Assembly (NCBI GenBank): GCA_038231275.1
Contig: JBBRLQ010000020.1
Span: 32,001-96,000 of the forward strand
DNA: 64,000 bases
DNA from: Polyangiales bacterium
GTDB taxonomy: Bacteria; Myxococcota_A; Polyangia; Polyangiales; Polyangiaceae
Direction of reading: 5' to 3'
Numbering within the stretch: position 1 is the first letter of the stretch; the number at the start of each line of letters is the position of its first letter. Positions 19,570-30,126 of this stretch are shown here, piece by piece. The notes under the pieces were generated by a model. It worked only from the letters and a program-made list of their open reading frames with translations. It was not told the DNA's origin and searched no databases. A program made the translations under genes and the position numbers.

Positions 19570-21234
19570 ATGGCCCGATCCCCCCGTCTCTCCGGCGCGG
19601 CGCTCAAGCACGTCGCGCGGCTCGTGCGTAGTCGCTTCGGTGCGATCACGCTGCCGCGAATTTTGCGCGCCGAGCTCAAGGTCAACGAGCTGGCTGCGCT
19701 CCCTCACGACGCGCGCGGCGTCCTGCCGCTGCACAATGGGCCTCTTCAAGCGCGGCCGCCGCGCGAGGCGCACGACGCGAAGCTGGCTCTGCCGGAGCGC
19801 GCATGGAGCGGGACGAGCGAGTCGTACGTCAGCGCGTACGCGAAGTCGGAGACGAGCCCCACCGAGGTCGTGGATCGCGCGCTCGCGCTCGCGCGGGAGC
19901 TCGCCGCCAGGACACCGACGATGGCGCCGCTCTACATCGCGGCCGACGAGGACGCGCGGAGAGAAGCGGCGGCGGCGACCGAGCGATACCGAGCCGGCAA
20001 CACCAAAGGACCGCTCGACGGCGTGCCGTGCGTCATCAAAGAAGAGATGGCGATCCGGGGGATGCCCTGGAGCTTCGGCACGCACCTGTACGACGGCGCG
20101 AAGGCGAAGAAGGACTCCACGGTCGTCGCGCGCCTCCGTGAAGCGGGCGCGATCGTGATCGGCATGACGGCGATGACCGAATTCGGGATGACGCCGACCG
20201 GGATCAACCCCAAGCGCCCGATGCCGCGCAACCCACACGCGACCGACTGCGTCGCGGGCGGATCGTCGACGGGGACCGGCGTGTCGGTGGCGACCGGGCT
20301 CGTTCCTTTCGGGCTCGGCGCCGACGGCGGCGGATCGATCCGAATCCCCGCGGCGCTCACCGGCGTCTTCGGAATCAAGCCGACGTGGGGCCTCCTCTCG
20401 CGCGAGGGTGCCTCGGGCGGGACCGTCGCGCACCTCGGCCCGCTCGCGACGAGCGCGCTCGATCTCGCGCGCGTCCTCGAGGTCACCGGCGGTCCCGATC
20501 CGGCGGACGACGAGACGCGCTGGCAGCCGCCGCTCGCCGCCGGCCGTCTCACGCGCGCGATCGGGCGCGGAGTACGCGGCCTCCGCATCGGGATCGAGGA
20601 GAGCGAGTGGAGCGCGGCGGAGGACGTCGTCGGGCACGCTGGCCGCGAGGCGCTTCGCGCGCTGGAGAAGGAAGGGGCGATCCTCGTCCCCGTGAAGATC
20701 TCGATGGCCCGCTACGCGGCGCCGATCGGCTACGTCAGCATCGCGGTGGAGGCGCGCGCGACCCTGCGCGCAGAGTGGCGCGATCACGCCGACGAGCTCA
20801 CCCCCGATCTGCAAATCACCTTCGCCACGCTCGACACGCTCACCGCCCCCGAGCTCCTCGACGCGCAGCGCCTTCGCATGGGCCTGCGGCGCGAGGTGGC
20901 CGGCGTCCTCGGCGACGTCGATCTGCTCGCGCTGCCGACCACGGCGTGCACCGCGCCGCGCGTGACCGACGCCGAGTTCGCGGGAGGAATGCTCGACGCG
21001 CAGGTGATCGAAGGGCTCTGCCGGTTCTCGTTCCTCGGCAACCTCACCGGGCTCCCGGCGGGGACGGCGCCGGTCGGGCGCGACGCGGACGGTCGGCCGA
21101 TCGGCCTCCAGCTCGTCGGCGACGCGTGGGACGAAGCGACGGTGATCGCGGCGCTTGCCCACCTCGAGCGGATCGGCGCCGCGCGCGTGGTGAGGCCGGG
21201 CGTCGCGGTGGACGTCCTGGAACGGCGCGCGTGA
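19570..21234 (+). CDS. Amidase-signature family enzyme
   Basis: GPLDGVPCVIKE, GGSSTG, GADGGGSIRIPAALTGVFGIKPT. Confidence 0.92.
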   Translation: MARSPRLSGAALKHVARLVRSRFGAITLPRILRAELKVNELAALPHDARGVLPLHNGPLQARPPREAHDAKLALPERAWSGTSESYVSAYAKSETSPTEVVDRALALARELAARTPTMAPLYIAADEDARREAAAATERYRAGNTKGPLDGVPCVIKEEMAIRGMPWSFGTHLYDGAKAKKDSTVVARLREAGAIVIGMTAMTEFGMTPTGINPKRPMPRNPHATDCVAGGSSTGTGVSVATGLVPFGLGADGGGSIRIPAALTGVFGIKPTWGLLSREGASGGTVAHLGPLATSALDLARVLEVTGGPDPADDETRWQPPLAAGRLTRAIGRGVRGLRIGIEESEWSAAEDVVGHAGREALRALEKEGAILVPVKISMARYAAPIGYVSIAVEARATLRAEWRDHADELTPDLQITFATLDTLTAPELLDAQRLRMGLRREVAGVLGDVDLLALPTTACTAPRVTDAEFAGGMLDAQVIEGLCRFSFLGNLTGLPAGTAPVGRDADGRPIGLQLVGDAWDEATVIAALAHLERIGAARVVRPGVAVDVLERRA

Positions 21235-22016
21235 GCTGGGATCCCGCGCAATACGAGCGCTTCCGCGACGAGCGCAGCCAGCCGTTCTTCGATCTGCTCG
21301 GGTGCGTCGAGGCGTCCGACGGCATGCGCGCCGTGGATCTTGGCTGCGGCACCGGCGATCTCACGCGCGTCCTCCACGAGCGCCTGCGCTGCACGAGCAC
21401 CGTCGGCTACGACAACTCGAAGGAGATGCTCGACGCCGCCGCTGCACGCGGGGCTCTCGCCGCCGGGCTCTCGTTCGAGGAGGCCGACATCGCGGACCTC
21501 GCGCTCGCGCCAGGCAGCGTCGATCTCGTGCTCGCCAACGCGTCGCTCCACTGGCTGCCCGATCACGAGGCCCTCCTCGCGCGCCTCGCCGGCTGGCTCT
21601 CGGCGGAGGGACAGCTCGCGGTGCAGGTTCCGGCGAACCACGACTACGTGACCCACACGCTCGCGCGGGAGCTCGCCGCACGCGCGAGGTTCGCAGGTCC
21701 ACTGGGCGGGTTCATTCCGCCGCAGCACGTTCGTACCCCTACCGAATACGCCGCGCTCCTCCATGGCATCGGGTTTCGCCCGATGCGGGTCTCGCTGAAC
21801 GTCTACTCCCACCTCTTGCCGTCGCGCGACGGTGTCTTCGAGTGGGTTCGTGGCACCACCCTCACCGGGCTCAAGTCCCGAATGACGCCCGATCTCTACG
21901 CGACCTTCGAGGCCGAGTACCGCGCGGAGCTCCTCAGGCGCTTGCCGGACGACCGACCCTTCTTCTTCCCATTTCAACGCATTTTGATGTGGGGAAGAAG
22001 GGCGACGGCGGGCTAA
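21231..22016 (+). CDS. tam: Trans-aconitate 2-methyltransferase-like SAM methyltransferase
   Basis: WDPAQYERFRDERSQPFFDLL, DLGCGTG, NASLHWLPDH, LAVQVP; GTGA overlap with the amidase. Confidence 0.85.
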   Translation: MSWDPAQYERFRDERSQPFFDLLGCVEASDGMRAVDLGCGTGDLTRVLHERLRCTSTVGYDNSKEMLDAAAARGALAAGLSFEEADIADLALAPGSVDLVLANASLHWLPDHEALLARLAGWLSAEGQLAVQVPANHDYVTHTLARELAARARFAGPLGGFIPPQHVRTPTEYAALLHGIGFRPMRVSLNVYSHLLPSRDGVFEWVRGTTLTGLKSRMTPDLYATFEAEYRAELLRRLPDDRPFFFPFQRILMWGRRATAG

Positions 22017-22080
22017 ATCGGGCCGCATGGATGCGACGGCCGATCTAGTCTCGTCGCGTGAAAGAAGGATCGCGCCGGCG

Positions 22081-22710
22081 ATGAACGTTCTGATTGCCGA
22101 TGACCACGCGCTCCTCCGTCGAGGCTTGCGGCAAATCCTCACGCAGGAGATGCCCGGGGCGCGGTTCACCGAGGCGAGCAACGGCGAGCAGGTAATGGCG
22201 AAGCTCGCGGAGCGGCCGGTGGACATCCTCCTGCTCGACATCTCGATGCCCGGCAAAAATGGCATCGAGCTCCTGCGGGAGGTCCGTCGCAAATACCCCG
22301 ATTGCCCGGTGCTCGTCCTCAGCGTGCACGCGGAGCGGCTGTATGCGGTGCGCGCGCTGAAGGCCGGCGCGTCCGGATACCTCACCAAGGACGTCGCGCC
22401 CGACGGTCTCGTCGAGGCGATCCAGAAAATTCGAAAGGGCGGGCGTTACGTCAGTGCGGCGCTCGCCGAGCTGCTCGCCGCCGACGACGCGTCGACCGAC
22501 GACCGACCGCTCCACGAGAAACTGTCCAACCGCGAGGACGCGATCTTCCGTCGCCTCGCGGCAGGGCAGACCGTCGGCCAGATCGCGAAGACGATGGCGC
22601 TGAGCGTGAAGACGGTGAGCACGTACCGCACGCGCGTCCTCGACAAGCTGCAGATGACGACGAACGCCGCGCTGATGCGCTACGCCATCGATCAGAAGCT
22701 CGTGGAATGA
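22081..22710 (+). CDS. NarL/LuxR-family response regulator
   Basis: VLIADDH, LLLDISMPG, GASGYLTK, LSNRE..LSVKTVSTYR. Confidence 0.93.
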   Translation: MNVLIADDHALLRRGLRQILTQEMPGARFTEASNGEQVMAKLAERPVDILLLDISMPGKNGIELLREVRRKYPDCPVLVLSVHAERLYAVRALKAGASGYLTKDVAPDGLVEAIQKIRKGGRYVSAALAELLAADDASTDDRPLHEKLSNREDAIFRRLAAGQTVGQIAKTMALSVKTVSTYRTRVLDKLQMTTNAALMRYAIDQKLVE

Positions 22711-23396
22711 GCGCCGTGACGACTACGGAGGACGCCGAACGGGAGCTCGCAGAGCTGCGCGCTCTCCACGCGCGCGCGCAGGCCGCTCGGGAGGACGACG
22801 CGACGCGCATCGCCCGCGAGCTCCATGACGGGCTTGGGCAGACCTTGACGGCGCTTACGCTCGACATCGGTTGGCTGCGGGAGCGCGTCGCCGAGGACGT
22901 GCGGCTTCACCTCGACGAGATGGCCGACCTCGTGAAGGGGGCGCTCGCGTCGACCCGCCGGCTCGCCGGAGCGCTTCGCCCGACGGTTCTAGAAGATCTC
23001 GGCCTCGGTGCGGGCCTCGAAGGGCTCGTCGAGGAGTGGAGTAGCCGGACGGACATCGCGTGCCGAACCGACCTACGCGCGGAGGGCCTGGTGTTCGGGC
23101 GTCGCACGTCGATCGCCATCTTTCGCGTCCTCGAAGAGGCGCTCTCCAACGTAGCCCATCACGCGGCCGCGACCTCCGTAACGATCTCGTTCGCACATGA
23201 CCGCGAGGCGGCGACGTTGATCGTCTCGGACGACGGTTGCGGCTTCTCCATGATCGAGGCTCGCGCGAAGGGCGCGCTGGGCCTTCGCGCGATGCGTGAG
23301 CGGATGGCCGCGCTGGGTGGCGCGCTGGACGTCACGTCCGCGCCTGGCCAAGGCACGCGCATCGTGGCGCGCGTACCCGTCGACGAGCCCGCGTAG
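22707..23396 (+). CDS. HisKA_3 histidine kinase with no sensor domain
   Basis: IARELHDGLGQ, EEALSNVAHHA, DDGCGF, LGLRAMRER; ATGA overlap with the response regulator. Confidence 0.9.
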   Translation: MSAVTTTEDAERELAELRALHARAQAAREDDATRIARELHDGLGQTLTALTLDIGWLRERVAEDVRLHLDEMADLVKGALASTRRLAGALRPTVLEDLGLGAGLEGLVEEWSSRTDIACRTDLRAEGLVFGRRTSIAIFRVLEEALSNVAHHAAATSVTISFAHDREAATLIVSDDGCGFSMIEARAKGALGLRAMRERMAALGGALDVTSAPGQGTRIVARVPVDEPA

Positions 23397-23411
23397 ACGA
23401 GAGCGGTCGGG

Positions 23412-23681
23412 CTACCGCGCCGCCGCGATCGCGCTTGCAGGCGAAGGTTGCGGCGAGGGTTGCGGCGTCGGGGACGCTGTGGCGTTCGCGACCTTCTGCG
23501 CGTTCGCTTGCGCCATGACGGCGGCCTGGAGCGCGCTGAACGGGACCTTGGCCACCGTCGTGGAGTCGAGGTGCGAATGCATCGCGCCCACTCCCCATGC
23601 TCCGGCGGAGAACGCACCGACGCCGCCGATGAGGCCGAAGCAGCCGACGGCGATAGCCCTGCGGATCGTTTGCGCCTTCAT
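23412..23681 (-). CDS. Small exported or membrane hypothetical protein
   Basis: Hydrophobic N-terminus, Pro/Ser-rich tail; sigma54-like promoter immediately upstream. Confidence 0.5.
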   Translation of the reverse strand: MKAQTIRRAIAVGCFGLIGGVGAFSAGAWGVGAMHSHLDSTTVAKVPFSALQAAVMAQANAQKVANATASPTPQPSPQPSPASAIAAAR

Positions 23682-23694
23682 GGCGTTCTTGCAG

Positions 23695-23710
23695 AGCAAG
23701 CTTCGAACCA
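23695..23710 (-). promoter_or_regulatory. sigma54-type promoter
   Basis: TGGTTCGAAGCTTGCT (GG-N10-GC) on the minus strand. Confidence 0.55.
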
Positions 23711-23834
23711 GGACACCGGGATCATGCCCCGACCCCGAAACCTGCCGAAATCACGTGCGTGGCGCCGCGTTTTCTGTGGCGATCGTGCGCTTCCGTGCGG
23801 GTCTGCTGCCGCACCCGTGGCCGAAATGGCTCCG

Positions 23835-25079
23835 CTACGGCTTGTCCGCAATCGCCGCGAGGATGGGCTCGAGGATGGCGTCGTGCGTCTCGAAGCGCGC
23901 GTCGACGGCGAGGGTCGCGGGATCGAATTTGCCGAGCGGATCCTGGCCGAACCGCACGACGACGAGATCGAGGCCCGGCAGGACGTCGACGAATTGGTTG
24001 CCGAAGCCGCGCGCGGCGAACAAATCCTTCGGCGCGAAGGGGACCATGAGCCCCTTCCATGCGGTGCCCATCGCGTCGACGGCGGGCGTGTCGGCGTTGA
24101 GCCAGAAGAGGAAGCCGTATGCGCGGTTCATGTCCTGCGACGGCGTTCGCGTCGCGGCGACGTGCGCGGCGGAGACGACCTGCTCCGTCCCCCACGTTCC
24201 GCCGTGCAAGTAGAGGTACCCGAGCCGCGCGTGATCGCGGCACGACGCCAAGACGTTCGCATACGCGGTCGGGTTGCCCGACGGATCATGCTTCCAGCTC
24301 GCGTCCGCGCCGATCGGAGACCAAAGGTGGAGGTGTGCGTACTCTTCGATCGTCCGACCCGTCGCCGCGCGGAAGACGCGCTCGAGCACCTGCACGGTAC
24401 CGTTGTCGTACGTCCAGCGGGTGCCGGGAGGCGCGGCGAGCGGCCTGTCGATCGCGAAGGTCGTGCCGTCCGTGGCCAAGGTCGCGAGGCTCACGTAGTC
24501 CTCGAAGACGTCCCACTTGAGGCCCGACGTCATGCTCACGAGGTGGCGGAGCGTGATCGCCTCGCGATCGGTGCCTCGCCACTCCGGGACGAGCTCGGCG
24601 ACGGACTGATCGAGGCTCGCAAGATCTCCGCGATCGATCGCGATCCCGACGAGCGCGCTGGCGTACGACTTCGCGATCGACCACGACGGATCCTTCGAGC
24701 TCCGATCGCGTCCGTTCCAGTAGCGCTCGTAGACGAGGACGCCGTGCCGAATGACCAAGAGGCAATGGGACTGCCGGGCCTCCGCGATGGCGGCGGCGGC
24801 GTCGAGGGCGGCGGTGCTCATGCCCTGCTGCTCGGGGACGCCGGTGGTCCAGTCGGGGATCGGGTACGGCACGGTCCGGCCCGCATCGGCGGCGGCGTCT
24901 GCGGCGGTCGTTGGCGACGGCCGCGCGGCGCCACCCTCGGCGGAACCGTCGGGGCTCGGCGGCGCCGGCGACACCTCGGGCGGCGGAGGCTCGGCGCGCG
25001 CCGACGTGGCGCAGCCGGCCGCGGCGACGCAGGCGGCGACGAAGACCGGCGCGAGGGCGAATGGCGGCGTGCGGGTCAC
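23835..25079 (-). CDS. Serine hydrolase lipoprotein (class C beta-lactamase/NylB-like family)
   Basis: Lipobox AAGC; SIAK (SxxK), YDN (YxN), ARGFGNQ. Confidence 0.88.
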   Translation of the reverse strand: MTRTPPFALAPVFVAACVAAAGCATSARAEPPPPEVSPAPPSPDGSAEGGAARPSPTTAADAAADAGRTVPYPIPDWTTGVPEQQGMSTAALDAAAAIAEARQSHCLLVIRHGVLVYERYWNGRDRSSKDPSWSIAKSYASALVGIAIDRGDLASLDQSVAELVPEWRGTDREAITLRHLVSMTSGLKWDVFEDYVSLATLATDGTTFAIDRPLAAPPGTRWTYDNGTVQVLERVFRAATGRTIEEYAHLHLWSPIGADASWKHDPSGNPTAYANVLASCRDHARLGYLYLHGGTWGTEQVVSAAHVAATRTPSQDMNRAYGFLFWLNADTPAVDAMGTAWKGLMVPFAPKDLFAARGFGNQFVDVLPGLDLVVVRFGQDPLGKFDPATLAVDARFETHDAILEPILAAIADKP

Positions 25080-25176
25080 GGAGAGAGACGCTAGCAAGTC
25101 GTCCGGAGGTCGCCTCTCACGGGGGCGCCAATCGCTGATTTGCGCGCGCCAATCGCGCCCGTAAGCTCACCGCATC

Positions 25177-25992
25177 GTGCACGGTGGACTACGCGGAACG
25201 ACGGTCGAGGAGCTGCGGCGCGATCCCGTGGGGCGCTACGTGAGCAGCGCGACGTTCGCACACTTCTGCGCGCACGCGGGCCTTTGGGGGATCCTCCTGT
25301 GGGGACGACCCGATCGCGATGAGGCCCAGAAGCTGGGACGATCCCTCGTCCTCGAGCTGGCCCCGCCGGCGGTACCCCACGCGTCGATCGTCGACGCCAG
25401 CCGCCTCCAGGGCGGCGACGACACGGCGTTCGGCGCACTGGAGCGCTACGTGACGCGCCATGGAGCGCTCCTGAAGGAGTGGGTGACGCGCCTCGCGATC
25501 GTGCGATCGAAAGGCCTGGGGGGCGCCATCGTCGCGGGCGCGCGCGAGGTGTTGTCCCTTCCGTATCCGGTCCGCGTGTTCGACGACGCGTCCGCCGCGC
25601 TCGGGTGGCTCGGCGAGGCGGCTCCCGCCAACGTCGCCGCAGCGCTCGACGCGCTCTACGCCGAGGCGTCGGGGACCCCGGTCTTGCTCGGCGAGCTGCG
25701 CGCGCTGCTCGACGCGAATCTCCGAGGCCTCGAGCTCGCAGAGGCCGCGCGAACGCTCGGAATGTCGGATCGCTCACTGCAGCGAAGGCTGCGTGAGTCG
25801 GCCACGACGTTCCAGGGAGAGATGATCGACGCGCGCGTCCGCAAGGCAAAGGCGCTGCTCGTCGGCGACGCGCCCTTGACCACGATCGCGCTCGAGGCAG
25901 GGTGCGCCTCGCTCCAGCACTTCAACACGCTGTTCCGAAAGCGCACCGGGCGATTGCCCAGCGCGTGGCGTCAAGAAAAGCGGAAGAGGTAG
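25177..25992 (+). CDS. AraC-family transcriptional regulator
   Basis: AARTLGMSDRSLQRRL..IALEAGCASLQHFNTLFRKRTGRLPSAWR. Confidence 0.9.
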   Translation: MHGGLRGTTVEELRRDPVGRYVSSATFAHFCAHAGLWGILLWGRPDRDEAQKLGRSLVLELAPPAVPHASIVDASRLQGGDDTAFGALERYVTRHGALLKEWVTRLAIVRSKGLGGAIVAGAREVLSLPYPVRVFDDASAALGWLGEAAPANVAAALDALYAEASGTPVLLGELRALLDANLRGLELAEAARTLGMSDRSLQRRLRESATTFQGEMIDARVRKAKALLVGDAPLTTIALEAGCASLQHFNTLFRKRTGRLPSAWRQEKRKR

Positions 25993-25995
25993 CCG

Positions 25996-27747
25996 ATGGA
26001 GCTGTCCCACAAGGCGAAGGAGCGGCTCGCGAGTCCGAACGTCGGACGGTGGGCGGTCCTCCTCGGCGTCGTGCTGCTGTCACCGTCGCTCGTCGGCGGG
26101 CTCGTCCTCGACGACGACTTCCATCGCGCGCGCGTCCTCGGGGCCGACGTCATCCCCATCTCGCGCCTCGACCTGTTCGATTTCTGCAACGGGCCGGCGG
26201 CGGTGCGCGCGTTGCGGGACCTCGGTCTCTTGCCTTGGTTCGCGACGCCCGATCTCAAGCTCGCGTTCTTTCGGCCGCTCGCGTCAGTCCTCCACTATGT
26301 GGAGTACACGTGCTGGCCCGAATGGCCGGTCCTGATGCACGCGCACAGCCTGGCGTGGTACGCGCTCGCGGTCGCGCTCGCGGCGCGCCTCTACGCGCGG
26401 CTGGTTCGACCGGCGTGGGCGGCGGGGCTCGCGGCGATCTTCTACGCAGTCGCGCCCGGTCACGGGCTGCCGGCGGCGTGGATCGCGAACCGCAACGCAG
26501 TGATCGCGACCGCGCTGGGCCTCGCTGCGCTCCTCGCGCACGATCGGTGGCGCCGGCATGGGCAGCGCGCGGCCGCGGCGATCGGACCGGCGTGCTTCGC
26601 GTTCGCGCTCCTCGCGGGCGAGACGGCGATCGGAGTCTTCGGCTACGTGATCGCCTACGCGTTTTCGCTCGACCGAAGCTCGAGAGGCGCGAGGGCCCTG
26701 GCGGTCGCGCCGTACGCCGCCGTGCTCGTGGTGTGGCAGGTCGCGTACCGGGCGCTGGGGTACGGCGTGCACGGCTCGGCCGTCTACCTCGACGTCGCGC
26801 ACGACACGGGCGAGTTCGCGCGCCACTTCGGTCCGCACGCCGTCGCGCTGCTCCTCGGCGCGCTCGCATTTCCACCGGCGGACGTGTGGGCGGCCGCGCC
26901 GCCGGCCGGAAGGTGGGCGCTCACGGCGGCTGGCGTCGCGTTCCTGGTGTGGTTCTGCCGCGCCGTCGCACCTCTCGTGCGCCACGATCGGGCCGCGCGC
27001 TTCTGGGCGCTCGGCGCGGTTCTCGCGGTGGTTCCGGCGTGCAGCGCGATGCCGTCGAATCGAATGCTCCTTCTCGTGGACCTCGGCGCGCTGGGTCTCG
27101 TCGCGCAGCTCTTGGCCGCCCGCGCCTCGCAGCGCGCGCTGGGGCGGCTGATGATGGTCGTGCACTTGGTCGTCGCTCCACTCCTGTTGCCGGTCATCGC
27201 GATGGTTCCGTTCGCGGTGCGGGCCTACCTACGGGCGGGGACACGCGAGCTCGACGTTCGTGCGTGGTCGCCGGCAGAGACCGTCGTCATGGTGAACGCC
27301 CCGAACCTGCTCCTCCCCTTCTATGGGGTAACGGCCAAGCGACTCGTCAGCGCCGGCCGCCCGACGCTCACGCGGGTGCTCGCGTCGGGCAGCGAGCCCG
27401 TTCGCGTGAGCCGCCCCGACGCGCAGACCCTCTTCGTCCGCGTGGAGCACGGCTTCCTGAGCGAGCTCTCGACCGGCATCGTACGGGCGCGCGCGCTGGA
27501 GCTCGGCGAGACCGCGTCGCTCCATGGCCTCGTCGTCGACGTGACCGCGCTCGATCGCGAGGGCCTCGCCGTCGAGGCGCGGTTTCGGTTCGATCGTCCC
27601 CTCGACGACCCGTCGTTCCGCTGGCTCGCGTGGACCGGCGCGACGCTCGTGGAGATCTCGCTCCCCGAGGTCGGCGCCGCCGCGACGTTCGGCGACGGAG
27701 CTCCTACCCGCGCGGTCCCGACGGGCGGCTCGCCACGAGATCGGTGA
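25996..27747 (+). CDS. Polytopic membrane protein, possibly a GT-C glycosyltransferase
   Basis: About 10 hydrophobic segments; LDDD and FFRPL after the first TM helix; WIANRN. Confidence 0.65.
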   Translation: MELSHKAKERLASPNVGRWAVLLGVVLLSPSLVGGLVLDDDFHRARVLGADVIPISRLDLFDFCNGPAAVRALRDLGLLPWFATPDLKLAFFRPLASVLHYVEYTCWPEWPVLMHAHSLAWYALAVALAARLYARLVRPAWAAGLAAIFYAVAPGHGLPAAWIANRNAVIATALGLAALLAHDRWRRHGQRAAAAIGPACFAFALLAGETAIGVFGYVIAYAFSLDRSSRGARALAVAPYAAVLVVWQVAYRALGYGVHGSAVYLDVAHDTGEFARHFGPHAVALLLGALAFPPADVWAAAPPAGRWALTAAGVAFLVWFCRAVAPLVRHDRAARFWALGAVLAVVPACSAMPSNRMLLLVDLGALGLVAQLLAARASQRALGRLMMVVHLVVAPLLLPVIAMVPFAVRAYLRAGTRELDVRAWSPAETVVMVNAPNLLLPFYGVTAKRLVSAGRPTLTRVLASGSEPVRVSRPDAQTLFVRVEHGFLSELSTGIVRARALELGETASLHGLVVDVTALDREGLAVEARFRFDRPLDDPSFRWLAWTGATLVEISLPEVGAAATFGDGAPTRAVPTGGSPRDR

Positions 27748-29857
27748 TCGTCCGAACGAGAAGATCGGGCTCCACCGGCTTGGTGAGGTGCACGTTGAAC
27801 CCGGCGACCAGGGCGCGCGTGCGATCGTCGGAGCGCGCATACGCGGTGAGGGCGATCGCGGGGATCGCCTTGATGACCTCGGACGGCGACGTTCGAACTG
27901 CGCGGATGAGGGTGTGGCCGTCGGCGTCGGGCATCCCGATGTCGGAGACCATCACGTCACGGTGAAACGGCTCGAGCGCGGCGATCGCTTCGGCGACGCT
28001 CGCGACGGTCTGAACCTCCGCGCCGCACATCTCCAACAGCACGCCGAGCATCTCGCGGGCGTCGGGCTCGTCGTCGACCACGAGGACACGCACCCCGTGG
28101 AGCGCGTGAGGGAGCGACGGGCTCTCGGAGGGCTTCGTCGCGGTGACGGTCTTCACGCCGAGGCTCGCCGATACCAGCGCCCCGACCGGAAGGCGCACCA
28201 CGAACGTCGCGCCGTGGCCGAGCCCGGCGCTCCGTGCGTCGATGACACCGCCGTGCAGCTCGACGAGGTGCTTTGCGATCGACAGGCCGATGCCCAAGCC
28301 TCCGTGTACGCGCGCGGTCGTCGTGTCGGACTGCCGGAAGCTGTCGAATACTTGCGGCAAGAACGCGGGCGAAATCCCCTCGCCGCTGTCCTCCACCACC
28401 AGCTCGAAATCGGACTCCACGCGACGGAGCACGACGCTGACCGTGCCGCCCTTCGGGGTGAATTTGACCGCGTTGGTGACCAGGTTCCACACGACCTGTT
28501 GCAGGCGCTCGCCGTCGCCGCGCATCACAGTGTCGCCGGCTTCGAGATCGACCTTGAGCGTGATGCGTTTGGCCTCGACGGCGGGCCGAATCCCCTCGAG
28601 CGCCATCTCGACCGTGTTCGCGAGATCGACCTGCGATAACGTCACGCGCATCTTTCCGCTGATGATGCGGCTGATGTCGAGCAGATCGGCCACGAGCTGG
28701 TTCTGCGCGCGCGCGTTGCGCTCGATGACCTCGACGGCGTGCTCGCGCTTTGCAAGGTTGAGCGAACCGCTGCGGAGGAGGCGGCTCCAGCCGAGGATGG
28801 CGTTGAGCGGCGTCCGCAGCTCGTGAGAGACCATCGCGACGAACTCGTCCTTGGCGCGGGTCGCCGCCTCGACCCGCGAGCGCTCCTTCTGCGACAGATC
28901 GTAGAGGCGCGCGTTGTCGATCGCGACGGCCGCGCGACGCGCGAGCTCTCCCGCGAGCACCAAGTCGGATTCGGCGTAGTGGCGCTGCGAGTCGCTGTAC
29001 GCGAGGACGAGGGCGCCGAAGGTCGTCTCCTGCACGCGCAGCGGAAGCACCATCCACGAGCACGACTGGATCTGACGAAGCAGCGCGCGATGCTCGTCGT
29101 TCTGCGCGCTCGTCGCCACGGAATCAGGGTCCACGTGCGTGACGATGAGCGGCTCGCCCATACGAATCACCCGGGGGTGCCCGTCCGGCGAGTCGGAGGG
29201 GACGGGAAAGCGCCGATAGAGCTCCCGTAGGAGCGGGATCTTCGCGGGATCGACGTGCGCGATCGGCATCTCGTCGATGCTTGCCCCCTCGAGGTGCACC
29301 GCGCACCAATCCGCGAGCCGCGGAACGAGGAGGCGCGTCAGCCTGGCGAGCGTCGACGTGTAGTCGAGCGACGAGGTGAGGAGCTGCCCCGCCTCCGCCA
29401 GGAACGCGAGGCTCGCGCGCTCGCTATTCAGCTCTCCATCACGATGGCGCGCGTACTCCGCCGCGGCCTCCGCGACGCCCACGTTGAGGCACTTGGAGAG
29501 GACGTCGACCTCGTCGAGCGTGACGGTCGCCTCCATCTCTTTCGCGACCTCGACGATGACGTGCCGCAAGACTCCGTACTCGCGGACGACCCCCTCGAGG
29601 TCGTACCCGAGGCTCCATCGCTGCGCGCCGTGCTGGCGTGCGGTCGGGCTGTCGTCGCCAGCGTCTTGGCTCGGCCGCACCGTGCGCTCCGGGGTGAGCT
29701 CCTCGACGATCTCGTCGAGGAAGATCGGGATGTGATCGACGAGGAGCGACCGCGTGACGCCGGGAGGCGACAACGCCCCTCGCTGCACCTGCGCGACGAA
29801 TCGCCGGACGATGGCGTCGCGGTGATCGAGCATCAGCTGTCGAAGCGTAACGGACAT
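27704..29857 (-). CDS. Hybrid sensor kinase (RsbRD_N-like, GAF, HisKA, HATPase, REC)
   Basis: HGAQRWSLGYDLEGVVREY; GAF (VPRLADWC); SHELRTPL; NAVKFT; GGLGIGL; VLVVDDE..SDIGMP. Confidence 0.93.
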   Translation of the reverse strand: MSVTLRQLMLDHRDAIVRRFVAQVQRGALSPPGVTRSLLVDHIPIFLDEIVEELTPERTVRPSQDAGDDSPTARQHGAQRWSLGYDLEGVVREYGVLRHVIVEVAKEMEATVTLDEVDVLSKCLNVGVAEAAAEYARHRDGELNSERASLAFLAEAGQLLTSSLDYTSTLARLTRLLVPRLADWCAVHLEGASIDEMPIAHVDPAKIPLLRELYRRFPVPSDSPDGHPRVIRMGEPLIVTHVDPDSVATSAQNDEHRALLRQIQSCSWMVLPLRVQETTFGALVLAYSDSQRHYAESDLVLAGELARRAAVAIDNARLYDLSQKERSRVEAATRAKDEFVAMVSHELRTPLNAILGWSRLLRSGSLNLAKREHAVEVIERNARAQNQLVADLLDISRIISGKMRVTLSQVDLANTVEMALEGIRPAVEAKRITLKVDLEAGDTVMRGDGERLQQVVWNLVTNAVKFTPKGGTVSVVLRRVESDFELVVEDSGEGISPAFLPQVFDSFRQSDTTTARVHGGLGIGLSIAKHLVELHGGVIDARSAGLGHGATFVVRLPVGALVSASLGVKTVTATKPSESPSLPHALHGVRVLVVDDEPDAREMLGVLLEMCGAEVQTVASVAEAIAALEPFHRDVMVSDIGMPDADGHTLIRAVRTSPSEVIKAIPAIALTAYARSDDRTRALVAGFNVHLTKPVEPDLLVRTITDLVASRPSGPRG

Positions 29858-29875
29858 CCATTCCCTTTATCGTCG

Positions 29876-30100
29876 TCAGGGCCGTCGCCGTCGACCCTTT
29901 CCGGCAGGCTCGGGTCGCAATAGGAGCTCGAGCTTGCAACGCGTTGCGCCAAGCGCATGCTTGAGAAGGAGGCGTACGACGTCGGCCCGGGTGACCTCGA
30001 GCCCTTGTATACGAATCTGCTTCGCGCATTCTTCTACCTGGTCGACCAGGGTTTCTGGAAGTCGAAATGAGAACTGTTTCCACGCTTCGGTCTGGCTCAT
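29876..30100 (-). CDS. Ribbon-helix-helix DNA-binding protein
   Basis: QFSFRLPETLVDQVEECA..TRADVVRLLL is a strand-helix-helix RHH pattern; GGAGAG upstream. Confidence 0.7.
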   Translation of the reverse strand: MSQTEAWKQFSFRLPETLVDQVEECAKQIRIQGLEVTRADVVRLLLKHALGATRCKLELLLRPEPAGKGRRRRP

Positions 30101-30126
30101 GAGATCACTCTCCTAGCGTAGGTGCA

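Noticed and set aside
29876..30100. RHH protein as a toxin-antitoxin antitoxin or plasmid CopG
   Set aside because: No toxin, replication or mobility gene is adjacent.
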